Of a stretch of 64,000 nt of DNA, positions 1 to 11,601 are shown one piece after another; the first letter of the stretch is position 1; the number at the start of each line of letters is the position of its first letter. Position numbers and translations under genes: made by a program. Where the stretch lies: assembly GCA_030704615.1 (NCBI GenBank), contig CM060732.1, positions 51,150,001 to 51,214,000 of the forward strand. The letters are read 5' to 3'. Source of the stretch: Takakia lepidozioides. Taxonomy: Eukaryota > Plantae > Bryophyta. The notes beneath the pieces were generated by a model, which saw only the letters and a program-made list of their open reading frames with translations, ran no database searches and was not told the DNA's origin.

Positions 1-3000
1 CTTTTAGGCCTTCTCCATTGCAAGAACTTTGATCAGTTTTGTCCCGTTCTTCAAGGGCTTCCCGCTCCATGCCGTACCAACGCGGACTTCCTCAAACAAG
101 GATGGATAACGAAACACTAGAATTCTAAAGATTCGAGTCTTTCCTCAAACAGTCAGTGAACACAAATGCTTTCAACCAAAAAGGCGGGGACAAAATCTCC
201 CTTCCATAATACTTCAGCTGCCACTGAGAGTCCCGTGCCATAACCACGCCATCAGACAACACTTGGCAGGGAAGAGCGCTTCACTTATACTCGGCTGCAT
301 AAGTTCAAAGTGCTGCTGCATATGTCCGGAGGCAGGATCACGTCTATTTGTGCTGATAGAAAGGAACAAATCTATCTCAGCAATTTGTGATGTTAACTGG
401 TCAAAACTGAAGTTTAAACCCCGTGTTTCCGCATCGAGCAGTGATTGATGCACGCCTTGTCATCTTCATCTTCCTCTTCCAAAGCAGCAGTGGCATAATT
501 CTACCCGGCGTATATCACTCCAGGAGAGAGATAGTGACTGAACCAAAGCCAAGGCAGCACCATGGGAATTATATCCCGCCAATCTACCGACACAACTGCG
601 TCCTACATCTCCCCCTTACGGATGGCCGTTGTTCTTCTGGCATCAAGTCTTCAGCGACATATACCCCGTCAAAATCGAAACGACTTAGCGGCATCCTGTT
701 CCTCTAGCTGTCATCCGCATGCTTCTGGAACAACAATATCACGCTTGTTCCCCGCACATCCTTCTCCGCTCCTCTTCGCTCCCAGCTGGATGTTCCAATC
801 TGCCAATTTGAAATAGCCGGAACGATGGTGTGCTTTCCGGGAACATACACAAAAACAAACAGGCTCCCAGTAGTCTCTCACTTCCCATTTCTTCTGGAAA
901 GCTTGGACTCCGACGGAAAAGCATTGGCCTAGAACAGTGGACTACACTAGAACAGTGGCGCAGAGTTGTAGAACACGTGACTGCGTCTACCTATCGCAGA
1001 GCGACGGCGCAGAGGCAGATGCCATGGAAGGAGCGCGGGGCGTGCAGAGGCAGACCCGTTTTGTCGCACTCTTGTTTTCCTCTGCAAAACGTGCCCGACT
1101 CATTTTCCAAAAGCGTTCCGTCTACCGCACACGCAGTCGCTTCACTTAAACCCTCGTTACCAGAGACCGCATTTTGTGAGGGCCGGGAGTGCAGTATTTG
1201 GAGGCATAACTTATACTTGTCAGGGAAGGACCTTGAATCATATGGGAATATTCTGGGCAGTTCTTCACTGCTTCGAAATAACCTCTAAGTGCCTTACCTC
1301 ATCATGGAAGGATCTGGGGGAATGGATGAACCACTTCCATTTTTTGGGATCGTTACATGATGAAACGGGGATCCTTTTACTTTATGTTACTATGGGGTGT
1401 CAAATATTTGATGATTACAGGCAAATAAAAAATATAGCCTGCCCAGATTTAAGTTATGCATATTACAAAAAAAAAAAAAAAACCTTTTATTTGAAAAATA
1501 ATAATTATAGTGTGGATGAAAGAAATAATAGTACCTTGATAGAAAATACCTTTTTATCGCACATGATTCCCTAAACTATATGGGGAGTGGATTCCCCGAG
1601 GGAAGGATCTGACCATGCAAATTAAATAACAAAATGGCCTTTGTATAATGGTCCAGCTCCAGAACGGCCCCATATGAGTGATTGTGAGAAGATCATGATT
1701 TTCTGGAAATCTGATCGTGTAAATAATTAGTAGTGCGTCACATTTACAAGCACTGTGTCACTTTCCTTCTCATTTCCCTCCAACTGCAGCAGCATGGTAT
1801 TTTTAAATCAAATCCATGATATGCGTCGTGCGATACAGTTTGACCAATTTTGAGCTATAAAATCTCAAAGTGCTCCTTTAAATGAATGTAAGTAGATATC
1901 TTGTGTGTCCTCTATTTGCATGTTATGAAGCTGGTAGGAGATCCACACTGTATTTTTCGCACTAAAATTCTTGTGGCCGATCATGAATATTCTTAACCTC
2001 ACACTGATCACAAACATGTAGGAATTTGCGTGATTTCTTCAAACTTGGACAACAGATCTAGAATGAAGCTGATGTATTCTTCCAAGTTCCTCAGTCACAA
2101 AAAGTCTTCATCTCCTTCTAAGTTGTGGGCGTTCCACCATTCATGAAATGCTGCAATTGGACCTCCAACAACATTGAGATTGGGATAAGTTACGAGACTG
2201 TAAAGATCAAGATCCCTCCACAAACCAATCTCCCATCCACACCGACATTTCATATACAAGTATAGATCCAATCCAATTCTAGAAAGTCATAGACTTGGTT
2301 TCACAAAATTTGGACCTATGGGCCGAGAATTATAGAAATATGAACAATTTTGGTCGCTGAAAGTTCAACTAAATTCAAAATTAAGTGTTGGAATGACACT
2401 AGAGGTAGCACTTGGGCCTCTACATGGGAGACGCACTTTAATGAATAGGTTAGATGAATAGGATATTGCACTTGGGCTTAGATGGGCCTTAACATAGGAG
2501 ACGCACTTGGATACATTGGAAATTGCACTTGGTCTTATATTTCAATTCTTCACACATGGGCCAACCACGCATACTACCTTAGTATGTATAAATATATATA
2601 CAATGGTAATAACTAATGAAATATCAAAACTCTTAATGTTGAAATTTGCCTCTAGTCTACACTTTGGATAATTAGAAATATATATCCATTATTATATACT
2701 TATATTTACAATATTTACAATATATTTATAAGTATACATCAACTCTATAGCAGATCGCTGGAAATTAATGAAAAATAGCAAATTGGATCTTTAACACTGT
2801 TAAATTCCTCTCCATTTGGTTGAAGCTCAACTCCACTCCTAGTATATGCATATACTTTGCACAACAAAGTTCAACTTATTCTACATCATGAATATCATAG
2901 CATTGGTATATCTTTAATTTTGGCATTTATAATATTGCCCTTAGATAGTTTAAATAAAGTTAATCAGGGCTTCCTCCCCTTTCACCTATAAAAATTTAAA

Positions 3001-4032
3001 TTAAAAAAAATTCTTAAGAGCTCTTTTATAGTTGAAATATGTATATATTCAGTAAAATGATGGTATGATATGTGCTCAATGGTGTCTAATCAAGTGGGTT
3101 GCGACGTTGCGACACTGCGAATGTAGGCCGGTGTCTATAGCCACAATATTTTTAAAACCTAGAATTATCTCACATCTTCAATAGAGTTTTCCTTGGTGCC
3201 ATATATTTTATTGGTATCAGATCACTTACAACTTTTATCCTCAACAATTGTAAGATTGAAAGTGGTCAACTAGTCATCCTATAGGTAGGTCTTGTTTGAG
3301 GGAGCATACCTCCGAATTGGTGCGTTTCCACAAGGGGAAGAGATTTTTTTTTTAAAGAATTATAGAGACTTTTATTTACGCTAACTCCAGTTTACGTTAG
3401 CTCTTTCTCTGTCAAGAAAAAAACCATTTTAATAACCGGGTTGGTGACATCCAACATACACCCGGTTTGGACCCCGGACCACTTACAAAGTGACTGCTAC
3501 TTGGGACTAGTGGACGAAGTGGAGGATTACTTTCCAGGATTAAACCAATGTTGTACTGGTATCAGTTTTAGGACATACCAGACTGGTTCTGGTACCAAAC
3601 GTATCGCAAAACTTTCATACCAATGGTCTATATAATAATCAATATATATTTTTTCCAGATATTGGTATGAGTATGAGTATCGTGACCACAATACCAGCTG
3701 GTATGAGATATCAATTCTGATATCATTCCTAAGCCATCATTGAATAACAAGTTTATCAAAGCCTCTCATTTTTTAATATTAGGGTCTTCAATGCGCCGGC
3801 GGGCCCCGCGAGTATGCCCATGGGGTGAGCTGGTAAACCCACCGCCTATTCACCGGGTACGGATTCTGGAATTTTTCTTAAGTCCTTGATCTTCTACGGC
3901 AGCGGACCTTCTAGCGGACTGGGTAGACCCTCCAACACATTGACTCCAACCTTCGAGTTGACTAGCGACTGGCCACTAGACTGGCGACCATCGAGCGGAT
4001 TGGCATCTAGTGAGCAGACTGGCGAGCGGACT

Positions 4033-4873
4033 TGTCAAGTTAATTTACCACTAGTGTGAAACTAGCTAGGAAATAACTAGTTTTTATATATTGACATTTG
4101 GGATTGGCCCAAGTGTCAATCCAGGGGCCAATGTATGTTTAGGCATCTGGCGTGGTTATCTCCACGGCAAGCGCGGTGGGCTCATCTTTCTCGAGTTGAG
4201 CCTCACCATGCCTAGCTATGGCTCCGTAATGTGGATTCCCCATGGCGTGGGGTGCACTTGGTCGACTTGTATTTGAGTGATGATTTTATATATGATCATT
4301 TGTGAGCTCGTGTGAGCTCGTGTTCTTCTTATTCATCACTCGAGAAAGATCAGCTCGGATCTTGAGTGCCACATACGAGTACTTATTTATCACTTGTGGT
4401 TTTTGCTTGAAAATGAGATAAATAAGTTTGGGATGCGAGGAGCGCCGTGAAGCACTTGGCTGCTAGAAGTAGAGGAGATGCTGACTATGAGTAGGCGAAC
4501 CGTGGTCGTCTTCTTCAGCTGCAGGTCGAGTTGAGGAGCTTCAGAAATGTGGGTTGCGCGTGGAGAAGCTAGTGCAGCACAACCCGTCATTGCGTCGCAG
4601 GTTGAAAATTGTATGAGGGCCATTGGTTGCTGACCCGAAAGCACTTACTTTGGGGCCCATGAACTGCAGGTATGATCATGGTGTGGAAGAGTAGAAGACC
4701 AAGCTCGAGTCGTATCCGGATGAAGACTATGACAATACCATTGTTGGAAGTATGTTTGTACTGTGTTCATGAAACTTGAGTGAGTTACTAATGCGCTTAC
4801 GAAATAATTAACCTCATACTTAAAAACAATGTGATATTTGCTAATAGTGTGAGCTTATAGTGTGAGCTTGACA
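4033..4873. repeat. LTR-like repeat (candidate solo/partial LTR)
   Basis: Starts TGTCAAG and ends CTTGACA (7-bp inverted termini, TG..CA). Its first ~300 bp recur at 25940-26240, and homology starts at the same TGTCAAG. No 4-6 bp TSD found. Confidence 0.5.
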
Positions 4874-5611
4874 TCCGCTTGGCTATGGCACTAAGAGTCG
4901 ACGCTAGTGCTACCACTTATAACTAGGACTTTGTGGAGCATGTACTTAAGTTGGGAGTTTCAATCTGAAACTCCAGCAGTGTAAGGGCTCTTGGAGTGGC
5001 AAGAGCGGGGTTGGAAGGGGAGCAGCGAGGCGCCCTAGAACCAGGGAATGTGCAGGAGAACTACAACTACACCAAGATTACAAAGGTGTGTGATTTCAAG
5101 CTTCATTTTTGTGAGTTTCATGGAGCAAGATGGCTTGTTGGATAGCAATGAGCATGCTTGGTGAGTTAAGAGCAGCTCTGGTGGTCCATAGGAGCCCAAG
5201 GAGGTCAAGGTGATAGCTTTGATGGCTTCGCAGAAGCCATAGCTCGTCGGCAGCAGGTGCAGGGGCAAACCCCAGCTCGGGAATGCTCGGGAACGCTCGG
5301 GAACGTGTGGGAAGTTCCTGGGAATGCATAGGAACCGTGGCCGTGGCCAGTTCGTGCTCATGAGGGGCCGTGGAAGGTCGTGGCGGCGGTATCACGAGAT
5401 ACCACGGGCTAGAGCAGGTCGTGGCCAGTTCGTGGCCGTGGAGGGTCGTGGTGCCACTACCACGGGATGTCACAGGCCACAGTCGTGGTGGCAATTGAGG
5501 GGTCGTGGCGGGAGGCGCTTGTGGTCGGTTCGTGCCTACGGCAGGCCGTGGCCGGGAAGCATGAGAAGTCGTGGCGTTGAGAGCCGCGGAAGGCCACAAA
5601 CAGGTTGAGTG

Positions 5612-5655
<44 letters not shown>
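5612..5655 (+). repeat. Poly(A) tract, 44 nt
   Basis: Direct count of the A run inside the putative LTR region. Confidence 0.95.
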
Positions 5656-5658
<3 letters not shown>

Positions 5659-6847
5659 ATGTCGTGGGACCTTGATGGGGTTGTTAGGCTCTGAAAACCA
5701 ATGGTTTGGAGCTAGCTGATATGGCAGAAAAGTCGGAATTGCCTCCCTGCGGCGTTTTAACAAAGGGGGTTACCTCCCTGCAGGTAATCTTGAAGGGTTT
5801 TCAGTGCAGTTCTTAACTGTGGGGGATATCACCCTGCAGGTAATTCCTTTGGACAGATTGTTGTTGGGGCCTATATGTACCTCCATTTGTTCCATTTTTA
5901 AACCTGCAGTGGATGGCGTGGTTTCATGAGGTGGTTCCATTCTGAGGCATGGCTTGTGGACATAAGGATGTACTGGCGGACCATGTGGAGGCTTGCATGG
6001 CCCTTGAAGGCCAAGTTTCATAAGCTCGTGGATGGTGGTTTGAGGAGTGTTTATAGGATACTCCCCATGGACATGCAAGTGATAGTCGAGAGGGAATGAC
6101 AAGTATTGGGGTGAGGGCATGCTAGGGTTTAGGCATTGCTTTAGCTTCTTTTCCTCGTAGCTTTCTACCTTCTCTGTAGGCCGAGACCTTTCCGTAGGTG
6201 GAGACAAGAGTCAGTCCAGGTTTGGGCTGGGGTATCTTTACAGGAGCGACAGTGTGGAGAGAATTTTGGTATTGGGGAGTTGTTGCTTTGGTTTCTTGTG
6301 TTTGGATCCCCTCCACACCTGCTTGTTTGACTGTGTGTCATGTTAGTTTTGTGTGGGCGTTTGCTTTTATAGGTGGTTGACTCGGATTTGATCACCGATC
6401 CAATCCTAGAGTGTGTTGTCGATGGTGAGGCTGGGTGATGACCAGTCAGACCATCATTGTTTCTCATGTGGTGAGGTTGGAGGTGATGACCAGCCAACCA
6501 TAGAAGTGCATGTGGTGGATGCATGTGCATGTGCAGGCTATGTTAGGAACCTAATATTTCAAATCATAAGCCGCAACAGGTTCTCTACCCGGTTACTTTG
6601 TGGAAAGGGGGATTAGGGACATGTTCATGACCGGTTGAGTGGCAGGTTGTCAACACGGAGGTGCCACTAGTTGCTGGGGAGAGTGCCGGTATGAGCACTA
6701 GTGATACTAGTAGGTACACGAGACGAGGTGTGCGGTTTAGGCCACCTTCACCTCTTGTGTCTTCTAAGGAAGGTTTTGATTCCGACTCTGAATCAGGAGG
6801 ATTCACGCCAACTGCAAGCTACATCGTTGTTATTGTTGTGGAATACA

Positions 6848-7960
6848 ATGGAGGAGATGCATGGAGCTACCAAGGGGCTACGTAGGTACTCTCGAGCTGT
6901 GGGCACCATTGAGTTGGATGACTTCATCCAGGAGTTTGATAGTTGGTGTGACTTGCAGCAAATGCACAATCCATAACTGTTTACGTCTTTTATGGCATGG
7001 AAGGGGCTGTTTCAGCACCTTGAGGGTCCGCCCATGGATGATTACCATGAGTTTAGGTAGGGGCATGAGGTTGAGATCGAGGAGTGAAGGATGTATTGGT
7101 CACTCGACTATGTCTCCATCACTAGAGGCATTAGAGAGAGAAGGGCAGCTTCCACAAGCAGCAGTGGAACTAGTGGTACAACAGCTATGACGTCCACCCA
7201 AGCCATTGCTGTACCAGCACCAACACCCGTGCCTGCCTTCAACTCTGTTGTGGACTTCTTCGAAGAGTTGAAGATGAACTACCAAGGGGTAAGGACAGAG
7301 AAATTGAGGAGCTTGCAAGAGTTCCAGATGAAGCCTACTGAGAGCTTGAGAGAGGCTTTCACTCGCATGAGGCACTTGATAAATGTAACCCAAGGGGATA
7401 CGGAGCTCAGGCAGTCCAATTCTGGTATGGGATATTAGACAAGGAGATGAGGAGAAAGGTGCGGGATGCAACTCTCCTACAAGCGGCCCAACCCACCTTA
7501 GCAAATGAGTTTTTGCTGGCAGAGCGGATAAAGCTCAATATGGTGGAGGAACGAGTGGTTATGGTGAGATTTGCTAAGGAGACACCACGGGGTAGTGGTG
7601 CTTCTAGCCAACCATTTGTAAGCTAGCAACATGCAGGTGTAGTATGTTGGACAAGTGGATGACCCCATATCAAGAAGGATTGCCCAGATGGAGACAAAGG
7701 GCCAGCACAAGCTCGGCCTGCACAGTTGCAGTGTAGGCATTGTGGCAAGTATGGGCATAAAGAAGCCCAGTGTTATGATTTGCATCCTGATGCGGGCAGG
7801 CCAGTTCCAAACGAACAATGGTGGCCGAGAGCGAGGTGGAGCAGCTCAGAGAGAACGAGGTGGTCAGGCACGAGGTGCAGGCCAAGGGCAAGCTCAGCCA
7901 GGGACGTGGAAATCAGGGTTTTGACCAAGGCATGACCAACCGGCTTCAGCAGCTAGAGCA
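6848..7960 (+). pseudogene. Retrotransposon gag (stops and frameshifts) with CCHC zinc knuckle
   Basis: MEEMHGATKGLRRYS..IELDDFIQEFDSWCD..; FFEELKMNYQGVRTEKLRSLQEFQMKPTESLREAFTRM (retrotrans-gag-like); CX2CX4HX4C. In-frame TAA/TGA codons are consistent with C>T/G>A decay. Confidence 0.75.
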
Positions 7961-8235
7961 GAGGCTAGGCACAGCTCAGGTGGTACCAGCTCTAAGGCCT
8001 GAGGGTCCACCTCCTACTCCTTGAGGGAGGAGATATGGGAGGCATAGGATTTATGTGCGGGGCAGCACTACCACTAGTTCAGGTAGAATCTGCTATGGCT
8101 GTAACTCGAGGAGCAACACGAGTTGCTGAACCACGTGGTGCAAATGTGAAGTTGGATCCACAGCGTGGATACTTGGAGTTGTCTTGTTAGACAACCAAGA
8201 TGACATTTTCTATTTGAGTGGACTAGCTGCAAAGA

Positions 8236-8300
8236 GATGGTCGGCCACTGCGGGTCTTGTTGGACTCGGGAGCTCAGCCACTGATGCTGGGCAGAGTTGC
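8236..8300 (+). pseudogene. Retroviral-type aspartic protease N-terminal stub
   Basis: DGRPLRVLLDSGAQPLMLGRVA, with the catalytic DSG at 8263-8271. Ends abruptly at a deletion junction near 8300. Confidence 0.7.
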
Positions 8301-8302
8301 TT

Positions 8303-8500
8303 CTCTTGTGGGATGCTCGGTTGCAACAGTTAGTGGAGCCCAATGCTGACAAGCGCGAGCGGGCGATGGATTTTACTACTGGTAGCACTGCAGTGTCATC
8401 TCTTTCTGAGGCATCATGTCGTCAGGTGTTGGGGCAAGCAATGGATCTCAATTGCTTGACCTGGATTATCAGCTTGGCTATGGCTGAGCAGCGTAGAGTG
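8303..8500 (+). pseudogene. C-terminal fragment (motifs IX-X) of a C5 cytosine DNA methyltransferase inside the retrotransposon
   Basis: LLWDARLQQLVEPNADKRERAMDFTTGSTAVSSLSEASCRQVLGQAMDLNCLTW aligns without gaps to the DNMT3-type C-terminus (E-x-E-R-x-x-G-F ... T ... S ... R-x-x-x-L-G). The deviations K, D and C are each one transition away from E, G and R. Confidence 0.65.
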
Positions 8501-8551
8501 CGGAGTACACTTCCCATGACGATCTCTCTGCCTACCGAGACGATACAGGCA

Positions 8552-9166
8552 GCGAACTTGTGGATCTATACTCCAGTAAGGAAAATGAGAGCTTGCACCA
8601 GGGGCAACACTTTGCCATGGCTTAAGCAGTGGTGATGCTACCGCCACTTCAGAACAACGTTTTCTCTCGTATATTTGCTTCGCTTTTGAAAGCCGAGCCT
8701 TTTCAATCTGCTTCTGCTTCTTCTCCTGCATTTCCTTCCACTGCCATTTGGTTACACCACCTGGAAAAGTGCAAGGTCCTCCACCCATCATACGGACTCC
8801 ATCAGTCAACCCCTCTTGAATAGGTGTTTGGAAGCCCACCATTAGAAGGTATGTGTGCTTCCGAGAATAGACAAATCTTGACATTCTTCAATGGCCCCTT
8901 ATATGCACAATCTCGGGGAGTACGAGCCGGTGGTTCACCTTCTCCCTTCCAGAATATAATGGATGAAGGCTACTTTTTCTAGGGTTGACCAAATTAATCT
9001 TGGGTGAAACAGTTTGACACTCTCGCCTTTCCCTGATATGGAACACAGAATGGGTAAAAGAGATCTTTGCTCTGAATTGCCAAGAACAAGGATTTGCACT
9101 CAGTAGATAGTGAGCAGTGTGATAGAGCAGGAAACACAAAATTGCACCTGGAAAATTTTCAAACAA
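8552..9166 (-). pseudogene. Truncated gene with the MGGGPRTFPGG..KWQWK N-terminal domain of organellar DEAD-box RH33/RH48-type and related short proteins
   Basis: 8788-8552 encodes MGGGPCTFPGGVTKWQWKEMQEKKQKQIEKARLSKAKQIYERKR..LLKPW..IDPQVR. The upstream same-frame transit-peptide-like stretch has a TGA at 8888-8890. The 3' part is cut at the retroelement junction. Confidence 0.7.
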
Positions 9167-9724
9167 ATTCTTAAGTATTTAGTGACATATTATCCATCTA
9201 TATCATAGTAGACTGGAGCCCATCTTTAAATGATCCTGAGGAAGAGCTGGAGCAGGCAGTTCAAAAGTTAAGAAGGCTACATGACATGCCACGCATTGAA
9301 GTGTCCACTGAGCCAAAGCAACATACATCACTATCAATTGTGCGTAAATCATGGTGTCCAATTGTCGACGTGTGGCACAATTTGTGCTATACCAGGCTGC
9401 TACGTCACTGTGCCCAGGAGTCAGAGTGTGACTGGTTCCACACTCACAGTCACTGCCTATGTCACATGTATGATAAATGGAGAGTTGTATTAGCTGTGCT
9501 GGGTAATCCAGGTCATGATCTAGTTCTACTGTCAACACTCAAGACCATGTTCCCTTATTCCGGTAGGACCTGCTTGACCAACTCAATGCAGACCATTTGC
9601 AATTGCGCGGGAGAGAACCCACAACGGTATCCAGGAGGTTCAAAATTTGTTTGGACTATCAAAGGTGAGAGCTCTTCCTAGAGAGAGGAATGGCTCCCCT
9701 CCTTGCCTCTGTGGTTCTATCTAC

Positions 9725-9868
9725 ATTTGTTTCCCAGCTTCCAAACTGGTTCCGGGGCCTGTAGAAAGATACACTAATATCAGAAGCATGGCCTGATATT
9801 AGCCCTTTCTATGTATCTTTTTCATCTAATCTTCACAAGGGACGGCACATATCGCTCTAATGAGTACA

Positions 9869-9900
<32 letters not shown>

Positions 9901-10085
9901 ATACCGTGCCTTTGGTCACACTCATCCTGTGTTTTAATGATAAAGCCACCGCCGGAGCGACCATTCACCATTACGTTAATTCCCCCATTCTGCTTTCTCT
10001 ACTTCCCCCTCGATCTCTTAGCTTTCCGCTCAATAGGACTGAGGGGTCTATGGCCACAAGGCAGCCTGCGGCAAATATGACCTCC
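9725..10085 (+). mobile_element. Stacked 3' termini of LINE family A around a (TC)13 tract
   Basis: CACAAGGGACGGCACATATCGCTCTAATGAGTACATTTCAT(TC)13 at 9834-9900, then a second copy GGGGTCTATGGCCACAAGGC..CGGCAAA at ~10043-10076. Both match the terminus of the LINE at 41930-43782. Confidence 0.65.
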
Positions 10086-10679
10086 ACAGTACATCATGGC
10101 ACAAGTCACGGGAACGGTAATCTCTGACTCTCAAACCTATGCAAGCAAAGTTTGCAGAGGTCTGTTCAAGCAAATTATACTAAGGCGAACCTGCCTGGTG
10201 CCTGCAAGCGTGGAGTTGATGAGCGTCCCCGGACTCGGAAGCTGCTTGTCGCCATTACGAACAATGGCAACGGTTTCTGTTACACGGGAGGAGGTCTTCA
10301 GGACGAAATTATGACTTTGCAGGGAGCCAGACAAGCACACTGGGGATCTGCTGGATCGCACTAAAGAAAGCGTCTAGACATAGAGAGGAGGAGAGCTAAT
10401 AAAGCCCCAAGCTCCAGATTTGCATTCACAAGCCGCAAGATTAATTGGGTGACTGCGCTGATCGCGAGACATACGGATTGTCGTGGGAGGTCTGTGTGTC
10501 GATGCTAGTGGGCTAGATGCCCACACAAGATTTTACTTGCCAAACCATTGCCTGCATTTTACAAATCTCTTTTCTAAGGAGATCTCTCCACTGATGCTCT
10601 TAAAGGACACCCGTGGGGCATGAGCAGCCTCACAATCCATTGAATCACATTCAAATTATTGCTTCCAAAAACATTGAGT

Positions 10680-10728
10680 TGGGCTCGTGTGCCACCAGGC
10701 AGCTTCATCCATTTCATCTAAACCCTAA
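10680..10728 (+). promoter_or_regulatory. Site II (TGGGCT) plus telo-box (AAACCCTAA) upstream of the DnaJ-like gene
   Basis: TGGGCT at 10680-10685 and AAACCCTAA at 10720-10728, about 100 bp before ATG 10826. These are short motifs, so chance occurrence is possible. Confidence 0.4.
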
Positions 10729-10825
10729 ACCCCAAACACCTGACCTTCAATTGTGAATTGTGTATGTTGAGACTTGAGGAGCTGACAAGGGTTCTACTGG
10801 CACGAGTCAAAGGAGAGAGATAACG

Positions 10826-11601
10826 ATGAAGGGGGGACCATTCAGACTGGTGGCCACAGCGGGTGCAGCTGTGGCTGCAGGGATTTTCACGCTGTCAATG
10901 GTGTCATCTGTGTCTTTGCGTGCATTTCAGACGGTTGTTGAGTCGAAGCGGGTATGAACCTGTCAGTAGCAACTTCGCACATATTTTTCTGTTTTGAGGT
11001 GGTCTAGGGTCATGGGTACCGCTATATGGATGATGGGTTTCAACGTGCTTGCAGAGAAAGATGGCCCCTCCTTGTGGATGTTGCAAAGGCAGAGGCTTTG
11101 TTGGATGTAGACTATGCAGAGGAGAGTCGACTATAGAATGGTCCCCTTTATTTGATCCAGTGGTGACCAAGCCCTGTGTTTGCCCTACCTGTGATGGCAA
11201 CCGGTACTTTCTACCCCTTCTCTTTTTGGCCTGCTTGTATGACTATTTCCATCTCTCTCTATCCCTCGTTGGCCTTCTCCCTTGCCCGCCTGTATGCCGC
11301 AACCAACACGGTCGTAAGTATAGTCTGGGACGCAATTTTGTTGATGTTGAGACCTATGGTCAATCAATAACAATAAACAGTAAGGAGCACTAGTGTGTGA
11401 CTGCGTGCATGCTTGCACCTTTTATAGGAATGCAATTCTTACTTATGGGTGGAGTATTACGCAGGTTGCCCACATTCAGTTGTCTCGGGTACTCACCAGT
11501 GTTACTTGTGGGAAGAAATTCTCTCATTGTCTTCTAAATGGTGTTTCTTCTCTAGCAGGGTCCAGAAGTGCTTGAATTGTGTGGGGAGAGGCTATGTGTA
11601 G
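10826..11601 (+). CDS. Small DnaJ-like cysteine-rich (CxxCxGxG) zinc-finger protein, 105 aa; join(10826..10951,11055..11203,11559..11601)
   Basis: GT-AG introns give an open frame MKGGPFRLVATAGAAVAAG..PCGCCKGRGFVGCRLCRGESTIEWSPLFDPVVTKPCVCPTCDGNRVQKCLNCVGRGYV*. Four CxxC pairs and an N-terminal hydrophobic segment. Confidence 0.9.

Larger units (their letters stand above)
4980..8550 (+). mobile_element. Degenerate, internally deleted Ty3/Gypsy-like LTR retrotransposon (gag - protease stub - DNMT stub; RT/INT and 3' LTR missing)
   Basis: Interrupted gag-like frames from 6848, CCHC knuckle CRHCGKYGHKEAQC (~7730-7775), aspartic protease motif VLLDSGAQPLMLG (8254-8292). A possible 5' LTR spans 4980 (TGTAAGGGCT) to 6578 (AGCCGCAACA); these boundaries are tentative. 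Confidence 0.7.

Noticed and set aside
1-1300. Several short overlapping ORFs in moderately GC-rich sequence
   Set aside because: The minus-strand frames I translated are interrupted and no domain motif or consistent splice pattern was recognised; may be decayed coding or TE sequence.
1990-2260. Minus-strand peptide KCRCGWEIGLWRDLDLY..FHEWWNAH
   Set aside because: Looks protein-like but has in-frame stops and no assignable family.
3430-3740. ATACCAG/CTGGTAT-rich stretch resembling the hAT MITE interior
   Set aside because: No TIR pair or TSD found.
5035-5763. Long ORFs (167 aa and others) and poly-Phe ORFs
   Set aside because: Products of GTCGTGGCC-rich low-complexity sequence and the poly(A) run inside the putative LTR.
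6579-6600. Possible primer-binding site after the candidate LTR end
   Set aside because: No TGG-type tRNA PBS, and no complementary sequence found in the LTR to support self-priming.
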